In this document: piece by piece, positions 1 through 15,034 of the stretch
How the letters are laid out: each line of letters starts with the position of its first letter
How positions within the stretch are numbered: the stretch's first letter is position 1
Source: Octopus sinensis
Taxonomy: Eukaryota
Length of the DNA stretch: 64,000 nt
Direction: 5' to 3'
Assembly (NCBI RefSeq): GCF_006345805.1
Contig: NC_043001.1
Location: forward strand, 37,572,001 to 37,636,000
Program-made: the position numbers and the translations under genes
The notes under the pieces: generated by a model
Told to the model about the DNA's origin: nothing
The model's database searches: none
Seen by the model: the letters and a program-made list of their open reading frames with translations, nothing else

Positions 1-2128
1 TCCATGAAACTGAGTGTTAGAATAGTTGTGTTGCATCCACAACAACACACTTTTCCCCTACTCTACCCTAAGAAACCAAACTACAACTCCTCTTCCAACT
101 GCATCTTTTTCTTCCTCACATTTCCTCTTCATAAATTATGATTGTTTTCCAATCTCCTTTCTTGCCCTCACTGTTCTGCTCACTGCATCATTGCTCCCCA
201 TACCCCCAACACCCACACCCTATTTTCTACCCAGGTTCCACACTCATATTCTTGTTACTTGTGAGTTTACCCTAGCACTGCATCTTTCTTCTGCCCTCTC
301 TTCCACTTTTGCTGTTTCCTACTCTCTCTCTCTCTCTCTCTTGCCTTTGGTCACTCTCTCTCTCTCCTCTTGTTTTTCCTCTGACTAGGTAACTAAGTAT
401 CTCTTTTACATCAGCACACTTGTTTCTGGCCTCTTTCTTGTACCTCTCTCTCACTGCATAACCACGTACCTCCTCTATAGCAGGACACTTATTTCTGCCT
501 TGCTATTTCTCTGTTACACTCTAACCTTTCATCATCTGATACTGGATCACCTCCTCTAATGCCCACCTGTTGTGGCGAGACACCTGCTTCTGTCTCTCTG
601 TCTCTTTGTCAGACTCTAGCCTTTCATCCTCTGACACAAATTCCCCTTCTCAAATGCCCTGCCACTCCCATAATTCCTTGTCTTGCAAGTTACTTGGTTA
701 CCCTGCCAGTACTGGTGCCATGTTAAAAGCATCCAGCTGTAAAAATCATGCTGACACTAACCTCGCCTGTGGTAGTGCCACGTAAAAAGCACTGAGTCTA
801 CTCAACAGAGTGGTTGATGTTAGGAAGGGCATCCAGATGTAAAATCTCTGTCAAAATAGACACAGTAGCCTAGGGTTGTTTTTCTACCTAGCTGGTTCCT
901 ATCAACCGTCCTACCCATGCATGCATGGAAGATAGATGTTAAACGATGATGATGATGTACACACACACACACACACATGCATGTCAATATGATAATTTTC
1001 TCACCATATTGATCATAATTTTTATGTATATGCATTTCTATGCACACAGAAACACAATCATACATCATACACTTTCACACTTACAGGTACATAATCAGCT
1101 AGGTAAAAAGTGCACATACTTAAATATGATTTATATGATGGAGAGGAAATTATATACTCACATACATGACATGGGGGTCATAAAAACAGTGCTTAATTCT
1201 GGCTTTAGAAGTGATATGTATATAAGCTGTTAATATATCAGAGAATTGAAAATCAAACCCTTATAAGTAACATTTTGGTGGTTACCACTATTTACTTTGT
1301 GAATATTTATATGCAAATTAAGTGTTGTAACCACTGATACAAGAAATCAGTTCATCAAGTTCATAGCCATGTCTGTGCCTTATTTAATAATTTTACTTAT
1401 CTTACTGGACACAGAGAGATAAGGCTGTGTGGTTAAGAATTCACAATGCAACCATGAGAGAGAAAGTTACACAGTATATGAAGACCAAACTAATGGGTCA
1501 TGAGACTTCTGGCACTCACATTAATGCCTTATGTGAAAACAAATACTTCTAAGCAAGTATGTTAATTTGTTGCTGTTGTTTTGTCCCTGTCAGCCTGATC
1601 AAACAGACCTCTGAACAAGGGTATTCTAACCATGGCCATCCCATCTTCTTAGGAAAATGGGAGATATGTCTCATGTGTATCACTATCTAATGTGTCCTTT
1701 CTTTCCTAAAGATGGCAAAGTGTAATTTGTAGATCTGGCTAATATTTATATGAAGTGACTACATAAAGGCACTCTCATTAGCTTGGTTAGATCAGTGTTT
1801 ATAATTTTTTTGTTAATAAGTTATTCCTTAGAGAGTGTTTGGAGAATTGTGAGGTGCCAAGAGGTACACTTACAGTAAGCAGGATCACTCTGAAAATCAC
1901 TGAGTTACAATATATTTTATCCATTCCCTATAGCAAGAATTTATTGAATAGTAAAATACTAAATTTATTGACTATTCAGGGTCTCAGAAATTTAGCAACA
2001 CTGGGATCAAGATAATCTGTTATGTTAAATAAATAAATTCTTAGTGAAATTAATTACATTTTATATTATTTAAGACTATTGCTAAATTACAATCAGTTTT
2101 GGAAGGTTGGAATTACAGAATAAAGATA

Positions 2129-3046
2129 CAATGGTGAGTCAAAAAGTAATGCAATTTTTATTGTAAGAGGTGCATTTTTCAATGCATTTATTTGATATTT
2201 GGTACAGCTATAAAGGCACATATACTCTTGATATTTAATTATCTAATTTTGTTTCTTTTTTCCAGATGTATAAATAAATAAGCTGATATCAGAATGGCTG
2301 CCCTGCTGGAAGTCTGTCAGAAAGAAAGAGCGGTTATTGAGTCCTTTGATGCCAAAAATGTTTAAAAACATACAGCTTTAGACTACAGCAATATGTGGAG
2401 ATGGGCTCACCATCTGAATGAGAATTCAACAAACCAAAAGAATTGGGAAATTCATGCTTAGCAGATATGTCTTGTGGCTGTATGTCAACTTCTGTCAACC
2501 CTGCCAACAAAGAAAAAGCAGATGCTTTAATTAGAACTAATAGGCACATAACCATTGATGAGCTGGCCTCAAAGCTTGGAGTTAGCCATAATAGTACTCA
2601 CAACATTATCGAGTCATTTGGATATTCAAAAGTGTGTGCCTGCTGGGTACCAAAACAATTGACAAATGAGCACAGAATTGAAAGGGTTAACTGTTGCCCT
2701 GAATTTCTTGAACTCAGTGAAAGAGACAAAACCTTTCAAAGGCTCATAACTGGTAATGAAACTTGGATTCATCATTATGAACCAGAATCAAAAAGACAAT
2801 TGATGAAATGTAGAAGTGAAAACTGCTGTAAGGAATTGGCTATGTCAGCAGCCAGCTGAATATTATAAAGCTGCAATACATGCCCTCGTTCATAGGTGGA
2901 ATACTGCCATTGAAAGAAGTGGTAACTATATTGAGAAGTAGAGACGTGAACTAGTGATGTATAGCTATATTTTGATGTGTGATATATTTGTGTTCCTTGC
3001 TTTTTATATAATAAAACAAATTGCATTACTTTTTGGCTTGCCCTTG
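2129..3046 (+). mobile_element. internally deleted mariner (Tc1/mariner) transposon
   Basis: TA-flanked imperfect TIRs (caatggtgagtcaaaaagtaatgcaatt / aattgcattactttttggcttgcccttg). ORF 2443-2859 has an HTH (ITIDELASKLGVSH), WVPKQL (WVPHEL-like) and ITGNETWIHHYEPESKRQ (TGDETW-like); the rest of the catalytic domain is missing. Confidence 0.9.
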
Positions 3047-4697
3047 TATATTTTTTAAGTTGATTAATTTACACTAAAGTAAATATTTAAAGTAGTCTCA
3101 AAAACTGATGTGAAATGACTATTAGATTTTGAAAAGTTGTTATCTCTTGAAAAAAATCCATAATTTTGTTTAATTAATTGAATTAAAAGTGCCTAAATCA
3201 ATGTTGATTGATAAATTGTAAATTAACTGTTTAAAATTTTATTGTTTTTCTATACCTCCTAGTACCACACCAATCACTTTTCTGAAAAATAACAATTTTT
3301 ACTACTAATAGGAAGTACTGGGGCCCAATTAATTAAAGTGGCACTGAATTGGGAAAAAAAAGTTCAGGAAACAATGGTTTAAATTACAGGAATTATTAGG
3401 AAGCAAACCACTTCACTAAAGACTACTTTATAACTGAATACATATTTTTTCAGATAGCAAACATTTGGAAATTTTTCAATCTTCTTTTGAATTGACATTA
3501 AAAAAAAAAAACATATACAATCATAATAATTCAAAACTGATGAAAATGGTAATTAATCCAACTCTTTACAAAATCATAAATAAGATAGTGGAAGAGCCTT
3601 TTTAGAACATGCAACAACTGTTATATTCAATTTTTATTTATTTATTGAGGTGTTAAAATTGTTGCCCTACCTCTACTACATGATCACTAACAAATTCCAC
3701 TACAACTATTTAAAATAATATACTGGTGAGTATTGATAGGTCTCTCTTTGTTGAGCCTGTTTGAGCTTTTGACATGAACTTTTTTTTTCTCACTTTCAGA
3801 TTCAGTTCTTCTGTCTATAAATTAAGATGTTTTATTACAATCAGTCATCCATCCTTACATTTTCCTTTCTCCTTCTTGTGATGAGGGTTTCCTTTTTGAG
3901 TGTTGTTGGCTATGTGTACATATAAAGTATAGTGAAAATATCTGCTGCTAATACAAGTTTACTAAATTTATATATTCTTACTAAGTTGATGTATTTACCT
4001 GTATGGTAAAAGTGTTGGATTAACAAATAATAATTTATAAATAACATAAAATCACATATGTATCTGTATATATTGATAATTTATAGGGACACTGTATTTT
4101 GTTATGTGACCATAATACATTACAAAGTATATTAAACATTTTATAAGTCAATAATGTGTACTGTTGTGCTATTTTTTACCTTAAATATTTAACATGATAA
4201 ATGTATTATAGGCACCTGGTCCTAATGTTTTAAGTTTCAAATTTAGTTAATGGAATTTCTTCTAGAAGAACAATCATGATTTTATTTCTTTAAGAAATAT
4301 TGTTTAATTCTTTTTGCTTATTTATTTAACTATTATTGTTATTATTGTTGAACTGAGGAGTGACTATAATTTTAAATTGAATTGTTTTTCGATTAAATTT
4401 AAATTTAATTGTAATTTGAATTTAAATTATAGCCATGAAATGTACATAGTCTTTTTACTTATTATATATTGGTTATTCATTTTTGTACTTTTTGTGATCT
4501 AGTTATATGTTTTAAAATATATTTTATTTTTTATTTATGATTTGGTGATTTGGTTTATGTCTATCATTGTTTGAATCGCATAATAGTGGTTTTTCTCTAA
4601 TTTATATATATCATATATTCATATTGTGAAATTTGATTTAATACTAAATTGAATTTTCCCCTGTAAGTTTGGAGTTATACTCCCTAATATTATTATC

Positions 4698-4729
<32 letters not shown>

Positions 4730-5189
4730 ACACACATGCACATATATATATGAGAGTATTGTAGTATGTATTGTTTGTAAAATATAATGTGTCTTGAATG
4801 GCACAACAATGCACTATAATAACAACAATGGACTATAATAATTGTTATAATTTAATCATCCATAGTCTGATATAATACATCGGAATATAAAAATTCCTTC
4901 TTTAGATATTGCTAGAAATTGATCAAGTTACTGCTATAATCAGTTTTCCAAGGTTTTTTTTTCCAGAAGCATCTCTGCAGTGGTCTTACGAAGCTCCTTC
5001 CAGAATTTCTCATGAGAAGTGCATGAGGGCAGCCATGTCTCAAGCTCGTGTGTGCTGGCACATCTGTAGCACTGCTTCTAAGTTATGTATTATACATGCA
5101 GTTTCCTTTTTTCTCCTTCTTTCTTTTTCTTTTTTTATATACATCATACATGAGCATGTTATTAAAAGTGAACCTACATGCATCCAGAT

Positions 5190-6556
5190 GGAGCTAAATA
5201 ATATATTGACTGCCAACCTCTAGCCTGTTGTTAATTTGGGGGCCAAGTCTGTCTCTGAGGATAGCTTCCTTAATTCTTAGATTACCCAAATTTCTTTCAT
5301 TGACCTCAGTTGTGACTGTTATGCTTTTGTCAGTGTTTTGGCATCTGTCTAGTTGTTTTCTGAAGGAGGAGGCTCTCGTGTTCAGATGTTCTTTGATGCG
5401 AATGTGTAACGGTCTTGTTGTGCTACCCAAATAGAACTTGTTGCATTTGTTACATTGTATTCTATACATGACATTTACTCATTAGCATAAGTCTGTGTCA
5501 CAGATTGGTCAGTTTGCTGGTATGCATTGATTGCTGTCCTTTGCTCATTTCTTTGCAAGGTGTCTTCTCAGAGAGGGGCCGGAGTGGGCTAGTTGTATGT
5601 CTAGTCTTTCTCTTCTTATGGCTCTTCGGATGGCTGTAGTTACCCTCTCGCTAAAATAGGGTATTTTAAGGAAGCATGTGTTGTTGGGTTTTCTGTGTTG
5701 GTAATCTTGTGTACTTAAGCCAATTTGCAATGGATATAAGGTACCCGTTGGTTTTCAATATCTCTAGGAAGTGTGTAGTGTGGGTCAGCTTGTCCTCTGT
5801 CCTGCTGCACTTGCTGTGGATGTGTGCAAGTTCATTTCTGGTATATCCTATTTTGGCACCAAGTGGAAGTGCTGAACTGTACTGGACAAACATATCTCTA
5901 CTGGCTGCTTTCTTGTAGAACTCAGTGTGCATCTCTCCTTCTTCCGTTATTTTCAGTTGGAAGTCAAGTAGCAGTAGTGATCCAGTGTTGTCAGGATGTT
6001 CTATAGTGAACTGTATGTTCATGTCCATGTTGTTCAATGTTGTGAATATTCTGTCAGCCTCTTCATGAGAGGATGTAAGTTTGAGGATGTCATCTATGTA
6101 CCTGGTGTAGAAGGCACATGGGTGGCAGATGTTGAGTGCTCAACATTCCAGATGGTTCATATAGGTGATGGCTAGTAGGCCCAAGAGACTGGATCCCATA
6201 GGGAGACCTTTTGTCTGTTTGTATATGTGGTCATGGAAAGAGAAATAGGCGTTGTCCACGATGATGGAGAAAAGTTGATGTATATCAGCTGCAGTAAGTC
6301 TGAAGTAGTGGATGTTGGACACTACTATGCAGTCAGTCAATAAGTTCACCACCAAGTGTGCTGGTACTGTTGTGTACATGGAGACAACATCAAGACTAAA
6401 GGCATATCTGTTTTGTCTGTGTTGGTCTGGGGGCAGTTGGCACAGTCTTTTGATGACTTCATCAGAGTTCTTGATGTGTCCAGGAAAGGTGGAGAGTATG
6501 GGTTTCAGGATGTTGGAAAGTAGCCAAGATATTTTATGTAGAGGTCCTTCCATGCT
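5190..6556 (-). mobile_element. decayed, 5'-truncated Penelope-like retroelement (RT + Cys linker + C-terminal GIY-YIG endonuclease)
   Basis: SLDVVSMYTTVP, FSFHDHIYKQTKGLPMGS, YTRYIDDI (~6085-6110), IQFTIEHP..LLLLDF..FYKK, and YRIQCNKCNKFYLGSTTRPLHIRIKEH...LRIKEAIL..P.IN. Frameshifts and stops present. The 5' end abuts a (TA)n tract at ~6570-6650. Confidence 0.9.
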
Positions 6557-6582
6557 ATACACACACACATATATATACATAT

Positions 6583-6653
<71 letters not shown>

Positions 6654-6992
6654 TATCTATATATAAAGACAGTCTCCTTTTGCTGAACTACTAAGTTACA
6701 GGAGACATAAGCAAACCAGCACCTGTTATTAAGTGGTGGTGAGGTCTCACACACACACACACAAAATAGGCTTCTGTCAACTAAATCTACTCACAGATCT
6801 TTCATCAGCTTGGAGATATAGTAGAAGATACTTTCCCAATATAAGATTAATGTAATGGAGGTTGTTCTTAAACTTGTTACCTAATTTGCAATGGAGTGTG
6901 GCATCTACAAACATTACACTATCAAATTTATTTAATTCCTCATTTTATTGTATTTCTAACTACTCTGTTCCAAAACTTGTTATGGTGTAAAG

Positions 6993-7023
<31 letters not shown>

Positions 7024-7654
7024 ACTCTGTGTGTGTGCATATCATCACATCATCATCATTATCAGCAGTAGCATTTTGCCTCCCATTTCTTCTCTGACAT
7101 GGGTTGGATGCTTTGAGAGGATCCAATGGATCAGAAGACCTGATCTTGCTCTAATGCCTCAGTTCTGGCTTGGTATCTATGTCTGGACATCTTTCCTAAC
7201 ACCGACCACTTTATAGATAGCACTAGGTACATTTTTTTGTGGCACCATCACTATAGCAAGGCAAAAGGGTCCTCTCAACCCTGTGATTCTTTTGCTTGAT
7301 TTGCCAACACTTTATAGTGTACTAGGTACTTTATTTGTGCCTCAAAAACTAGAGAGGCCACTTTGTAAATCACAAAGCAAAAGAGTTGAGAGAAGTTACA
7401 GCATTATGGGTGATACAGATTCATTAAGATTTACTGTTGTGAGAAGTGGTAGAGGAGACAGTAATGGAAGATGAGGAGGAGGTATCATACTCTTAAACTC
7501 TAATGTTCAAGAAGGTGAATAGAAAATAGTGTGGTGACAGAAGATTGGTGAGAGTGAGAGAAGGTGACAAAATGGCAATTCCTCTCCTTCGTACTTGAAC
7601 ATCATGATGCAGAAGAACAGAAGGAGGAGCAGCAGGATATGGGTGGTAGAGGTG

Positions 7655-7740
<86 letters not shown>

Positions 7741-8084
7741 GATATATATATATATATATATATATATTCATTTGAATCAGTTTTTGAAATTATTTCAAAC
7801 CACAGTGTAACCAGATAACTACATTTTGGTAAATATAATACTGAAGGTAGTCTTATTATTCTTCAGATTAGCACATTTGTGAAAGGTTTCTCATTAGTCT
7901 TCTGAAATATGCCATTAGTATGATCAGTTTAGCAGTTTCCAACATATCAGAATCGTTTTAAGTTATAAGTGAGTCTGTCATGGATAATTTACAATATATG
8001 TGGAATATGCATGGCTTGGTTGTCCCATTAAGAATTTTATTCTCTATCCATAGCATGCTGTCCATTATAGGTAATCTTTTACTG

Positions 8085-8505
8085 GGGTGTCTAGTGGGGC
8101 GTCCCCAAAGTCCATCCCCTCCTCACTGTGGTGGGGACACTGGCAACGGGTAGTGTCAGAGCTATGCCATCGGGAACTTGGTACCTGGTAGGGCCACCCA
8201 AGGCGGATTGGTCTGACACCGAGTGGTATTAGGGCCACAACCCGGCAGACGGGGCTCTGGTGAAAATCCTCGGAGTGTCTGTTTTGGCAACCAGCAGCTC
8301 CTCGGTCATTCTGTCCCTGCGTCTGCGAACAATCTGCGGCAAACAGGATGTCTCTACATGTGGGATTGTTGGGGACCGCTTGTGAAATTCATATTCCACG
8401 AAACTTCTTCTACCGCCATGGTTCGAGATGCCTCGAGGGTGGTGGAAGAAGCCGACTCAACCTACCCAAGGTGAATATTGCCACAAGTACAAGTAAGTAA
8501 GTAGT
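8085..8505 (+). mobile_element. GC-rich non-autonomous RTE-type retroposon (copy 1)
   Basis: CpG-rich island in AT-rich DNA; gagctatgccatcggg...ctggtagggccacccaaggcgg resembles a recalled RTE-clade 5' UTR motif; ends in a caagtaagtaagta tail. Confidence 0.55.
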
Positions 8506-9884
8506 GACTTTTGTACTATCATGGATAGAATTGTTATACATCGTCTAGTACACAGTGTTTTCTTCATCCAACTGGTGATCAGCAGCATAAGGAATTATTT
8601 TAATGATAAAGTTAATGCCATCATTTTACCAAGGGTACAGTGCTATATCAAAATTAGAGGTAGCCATTTTTTGTTTTATTTGCTCATCTCACCACAACAT
8701 GAAAAAATGTGCACCATCTCCAGCAATTCCAGCTCTGATGGAAAATAGTAGTTACAAGAACAGTAAAAAAAAACCCAACTCAGTACATGGTGCAATGTCA
8801 ATCAGCTTAATAGTGTAATATTTATAGAAGCCACACCCAACAGTGAATTAGCTAATATATAGAAGAAAATCATCTCCACCTCAGATCAGTTTTTATACAC
8901 ATATGCATTTGTGTATATATGTGTATACATATGTGTAGGTGTGCATGTGTGTGTGTGTGCCTCACTTCTTCTAAACCTCATAAAGTCCTAAATTCAATTA
9001 CCTGTACATAAAAAAACTAGTAACCATTACTGCTATTTATTTAATCAAATTTTAACAAACTCCTGCATAAAAAATTACTACAATTAAAAGTAAAACTATC
9101 TAAAAATTTACAGAGATAACAACAGAATGAAGACATAATAAAGACATTAAGAGGGAACATCCTATCCTCAACTGTTTAATCAGATATTTTCATGGTTTCA
9201 ACATCAATAGGCAGTGTCACTCCATGTGTGTGTGTTGTGTGTGTGTGTGTGTGACTCTGTGTGTGTGCATATCATCACATCATCATCATTATCAGCAGTA
9301 GCATTTTGCCTCCCATTTCTTCTCTGACATGGGTTGGATGCTTTGAGAGGATCCAATGGATCAGAAGACCTGATCTTGCTCTAATGCCTCAGTTCTGGCT
9401 TGGTATCTATGTCTGGACATCTTTCCTAACACCGACCACTTTATAGATAGCACTAGGTACATTTTTTTGTGGCACCATCACTATAGCAAGGCAAAAGGGT
9501 CCTCTCAACCCTGTGATTCTTTTGCTTGATTTGCCAACACTTTATAGTGTACTAGGTACTTTATTTGTGCCTCAAAAACTAGAGAGGCCACTTTGTAAAT
9601 CACAAAGCAAAAGAGTTGAGAGAAGTTACAGCATTATGGGTGATACAGATTCATTAAGATTTACTGTTGTGAGAAGTGGTAGAGGAGACAGTAATGGAAG
9701 ATGAGGAGGAGGTATCATACTCTTAAACTCTAATGTTCAAGAAGGTGAATAGAAAATAGTGTGGTGACAGAAGATTGGTGAGAGTGAGAGAAGGTGACAA
9801 AATGGCAATTCCTCTCCTTCGTACTTGAACATCATGATGCAGAAGAACAGAAGGAGGAGCAGCAGGATATGGGTGGTAGAGGTG

Positions 9885-9964
<80 letters not shown>

Positions 9965-10307
9965 GATATATATATATATATATATATATATTCATTTGAA
10001 TCAGTTTTTGAAATTATTTCAAACCACAGTGTAACCAGATAACTACATTTTGGTAAATATAATACTGAAGGTAGTCTTATTATTCTTCAGATTAGCACAT
10101 TTGTGAAAGGTTTCTCATTAGTCTTCTGAAATATGCCATTAGTATGATCAGTTTAGCAGTTTCCAACATATCAGAATCGTTTTAAGTTATAAGTGAGTCT
10201 GTCATGGATAATTTACAATATATGTGGAATATGCATGGCTTGGTTGTCCCATTAAGAATTTTATTCTCTATCCATAGCATGCTGTCCATTATAGGTAATC
10301 TTTTACT

Positions 10308-10731
10308 GGGGTGTCTAGTGGGGCGTCCCCAAAGTCCATCCCCTCCTCACTGTGGTGGGGACACTGGCAACGGGTAGTGTCAGAGCTATGCCATCGGGAA
10401 CTTTGGTACCTGGTAGGGCCACCCAAGGCGGATTGGTCTGACACCGAGTGGTATTAGGGCCACAACCCGGCAGACGGGGCTCTGGTGAAAATCCTCGGAG
10501 TGTCTGTTTTGGCAACCAGCAGCTCCTCGGTCATTCTGTCCCTGCGTCTGCGAACAATCTGCGGCAAACAGGATGTCTCTACATGTGGGATTGTTGGGGA
10601 CCGCTTGTGAAATTCATATTCCCACGAAACTTCTTCTACCGCCATGGTTCGAGATGCCTCGAGGGTGGTGGAAGAAGCCGACTCAACCTACCCAAGGTGA
10701 ATATTGCCACAAGTACAAGTAAGTAAGTAGT
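10308..10731 (+). mobile_element. GC-rich non-autonomous RTE-type retroposon (copy 2, within the duplication)
   Basis: Same as 8085-8505 apart from two 1-nt homopolymer indels. Confidence 0.55.
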
Positions 10732-11448
10732 GACTTTTGTACTATCATGGATAGAATTGTTATACATCGTCTAGTACACAGTGTTTTCTTCATCCAACTG
10801 GTGATCAGCAGCATAAGGAATTATTTTAATGATAAAGTTAATGCCATCATTTTACCAAGGGTACAGTGCTATATCAAAATTAGAGGTAGCCATTTTTTGT
10901 TTTATTTGCTCATCTCACCACAACATGAAAAAATGTGCACCATCTCCAGCAATTCCAGCTCTGATGGAAAATAGTAGTTACAAGAACAGTAAAAAAAAAC
11001 CCAACTCAGTACATGGTGCAATGTCAATCAGCTTAATAGTGTAATATTTATAGAAGCCACACCCAACAGTGAATTAGCTAATATATAGAAGAAAATCATC
11101 TCCACCTCAGATCAGTTTTTATACACATATGCATTTGTGTATATATGTGTATACATATGTGTAGGTGTGCATGTGTGTGTGTGTGCCTCACTTCTTCTAA
11201 ACCTCATAAAGTCCTAAATTCAATTACCTGTACATAAAAAAACTAGTAACCATTACTGCTATTTATTTAATCAAATTTTAACAAACTCCTGCATAAAAAA
11301 TTACTACAATTAAAAGTAAAACTATCTAAAAATTTACAGAGATAACAACAGAATGAAGACATAATAAAGACATTAAGAGGGAACATCCTATCCTCAACTG
11401 TTTAATCAGATATTTTCATGGTTTCAACATCAATAGGCAGTGTCACTC

Positions 11449-11516
<68 letters not shown>

Positions 11517-13220
11517 TGTATGCGTGTGTACAGAGTTATAGAAAATATTATAATTTATCTATTATATTATTTTAAAATTATTATTTGCTCTCCACATTTT
11601 TTGACACACAGTTATATATATCAACTAAGCTAGAATCTAAATTCAAAAGTCTTGTTCTATAGAACAAGATATTTCAAACATACTTTTTATATACATAGCC
11701 AACAACATTTTCATATATTCAAAACAATCAAGAGAAAAGAAAGGAAGAAAGTAAAAGAAAGAATGGCTGAAATAAAACATAAATTTGTGGACAAACTGAA
11801 CCAAAACTTTTGCAGAAAAATTGAACCAAAAAATGACTAATGGCCACCCATGTCTTAATATTAAACAACAAATATTCATTAGGCCCATATGTTCAAAGAT
11901 TAAACAACTATAACAACAAAAAAGGTGTGAGTTATAAAGGAAAAGCTGTGAGGCCTATTGAAACTTACCAGTGAATAATTTTCATCAGCTGTAGTGGCTT
12001 TAAGTCAGTGACAAAGTTGCAGATGTGGGACACAAAATTTGACATCTCAAGAAACAAACAAAAAGTAAACCCAACAGTTTTAGTGAGTTCTTAAAATTTC
12101 TCTTCCACAATGTAATTGCTTCAGTTTCAAAACAGAATTTAAGATCAAGCCACTCATCAAACAAACACAAATACAAAAATAAGACATTGTTTGACTAAAG
12201 ACTTCAGGGTATCTCATTGAAAACTTACGCTTATGTTTCTACTTCTTAATTACATGGTTTTGATGATGCAACAGTGATGTAACAACATGAACAACAATAA
12301 AATATATTTTTTTTATTAATGTAGCATCAGTTGTAACTAGAACAGTTATTGTATCAGAAAAATCTATTTGACTTTAAAAAAATCCCCCAAAAAACAAAGG
12401 CTAAAGAACTTCTTGATCTAAGACAAGATAATCTGAAAATTCTTATACATTTCCTGCAGTCATAAAATTAACATTTAAAATTTCTTTCCTTTTTTGGGAG
12501 GGCTGGGTGGTTGGTTGGAGACAACAGGAAAGTTCTGTTAGTTTTGGTTTTTGGTAGCTTTACATTTTAGAATGAAAAGTATTTTTTACATTAAATCTTT
12601 TAGTCAAAAATCTTTTTAATTTGATATCATTTTTTTTTAATAACTGGATAATTTTAAATAATTTCTTAAATTAAGTATCATAAAAAAAATAATATAAAAA
12701 AATATTAAGAGGTGGCATTTATTAAAAAACTTATGTATGGTAAAAAAGAAGAGAATATATTTAAAAAATGAAATATTTATTAATACAAAACAAAAAAAAA
12801 GAGAAGAAAGCTTCCAAACAAGGACAAGAGTTACAAAATTCAAACTTATAAAATATTTTAAAACTAAATTTTGGAAAAGAATTGAAATAAAATTATCAAG
12901 AAAAAAATCCCTGAAAGGAAATAAAAGAGATTTAAAAAAATATAGCAACTGTTTCATAGGGATTGAAAAAAAGGTAAGCATCCTTAACTTTTTTTCTGTG
13001 ATAATTCATGAGATGAGTGAAGCCCACAGAATTAAATTCTTGTAGACAGTAATGAAGAACATAAAAAATTATAACATTTCAGTTATAATCTGAGAGAAAT
13101 TATTTTCTAAACAACATGCTTATAAATTTAATTGAAAAACATTACATTTTTTCTCATTTTCTTTTCGTTTCTTGAAAAAAACAACAGTAACAATAACAAA
13201 ATAATAATAATGATAAAAAT

Positions 13221-13277
<57 letters not shown>

Positions 13278-13580
13278 CCTTTCTGCTATAGGCACAATGC
13301 CTTAAATTTTTTAGGGGAAGGGGCTGGTTGATTGATTAATTGACCCCAGTAGTCAACTAGTACTTATTTCACAGCAGAATTTGAACTCAGAAAGTAAAGG
13401 CTGATGAGATGTTACTAAGCATTTTATCTGGAATGCTAACAATTCTGCTAGCTTGCCACCTTCATCATAATAATAAATATTGATATTGGTAGCTTCTCAG
13501 ACTCAGACCAAATACTAGTGAGCCAGCTTACTTTATAAAATGGCAATAAGCAGTCCAAGAAAATTAGCCTATCCAACACA

Positions 13581-13620
<40 letters not shown>

Positions 13621-13851
13621 TAAAATCCAAGTAGTGATTGTATCTTGTAAGAATACACACATTATTACACAATGTCAAAAACTAAAAGATTTGGAACTTG
13701 TTGAATTAAGGATTATCTTATTTTTGTAATAGATGAAAGCAAGGAAGATGACTATTTTCCATGAAGAGATTTCAGTGTGTATATATATATTTAAAGATAG
13801 ATAGATAGATAAATAGATAGTTAGATAGATATGCGTGTGTATGTGTGTGTA

Positions 13852-13917
<66 letters not shown>

Positions 13918-14983
13918 TGTATGTATATAAATATGTGTGTGAGAGAGAGAGAGAGAAAGAGGGGAGAGAGGGAGAAACTGAGAGAGATAAATAGCATTTT
14001 ATCTTTGGTCTTTGGTAAATCAATAATGGAAAAAATTGTCAAATTATTTTAATGAAATATATCTTAATATTGTTACAATAAGAACTTTTTGCCCCATAAA
14101 GGGTAAATAATTTTAGGTCTGGAGAAAAAGAAATTCAGACAAATGGAAAGGGAATAGAATATTTTTTTGTCTAGCAAAATATAATATTTTTTAAATATTT
14201 AATTCTTTTTTTTTTTTTAAATTTCCTTTGTATTCTTATTGCTTCTCTGCAATATGTTCTTTGACATGTACAAGAAAAAATATATAAATTGTATTGGAAT
14301 CAACTGCAATTGAGAGATTTATTTTTATTTAGAGAGAAAGAAATAGAGAAAGAAGAGAGAAGAAGAAGAAGAGAAAGAAAGAGGGAAACATAAAGATAAC
14401 TGTACACAGAAAGAAAGGACTTTGTAAGAAAACAAATCCAACAGCAAACTCTTTTGAAAAAATATTTCCAACTGACAACAATAAAGCCAATAACAGTAAT
14501 GATGCAGGCCAAATTTATTGGTTAGTTCGCATATTTAAAAAATATTTCTTTGTCTATCAAAAATTATAGATTTCTTAACAATTTTTCAACTCCACTGACA
14601 AGTTTACCAGTGTTTTTTTGTCTGTTTGTTGCTTTTGTCTTCTTTTTCTTCTTTTCTTCATTTTATATTATTATTATTATTATGATTAATTATCATGATT
14701 ATTACCATTATCATTTTTACTCAAGTTTGCTCTTTCTTTTGTTTTCACTCATTTTATTATCAAAATATCATTTTCTCAAAAAGGGAAAAAAATTTATAAC
14801 ATGTCAAGGAGAAATGCTCAACCTTTGACTCCTCATTCACTATTTGCAATGTCTAAATGGCAAGTGAAGATATTTACATATTTACCTAAAGATGACATAA
14901 GTCTAACTAATGGTACCAATTGATAGTCCTTCTGGAGAAATGAAAGCAATTTCAAGTAGTTTATAGTAAGAAAGTTAATTAAC

Positions 14984-15034
<51 letters not shown>

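Larger units (their letters stand above)
6996..11512. repeat. near-identical ~2.23 kb tandem duplication bounded by (GT)n tracts
   Basis: Identical ORFs recur at 7031/9261, 7283/9513 and 8521/10747. (GT)n tracts at ~6996-7023, ~9226-9253 and ~11451-11512 mark the junctions. Confidence 0.95.

Noticed and set aside
5509-5511. In-frame TGA at an expected Cys of the PLE zinc-finger linker (possible selenocysteine, as reported for Naiad PLEs)
   Set aside because: The element has many other stops and frameshifts and a C-terminal endonuclease (Naiads have it N-terminal), and no SECIS was identified; simple decay is more likely.
12637-13045. Lys-rich / Phe-rich ORFs
   Set aside because: A-rich compositional artefacts with no recognisable domain or splice support.
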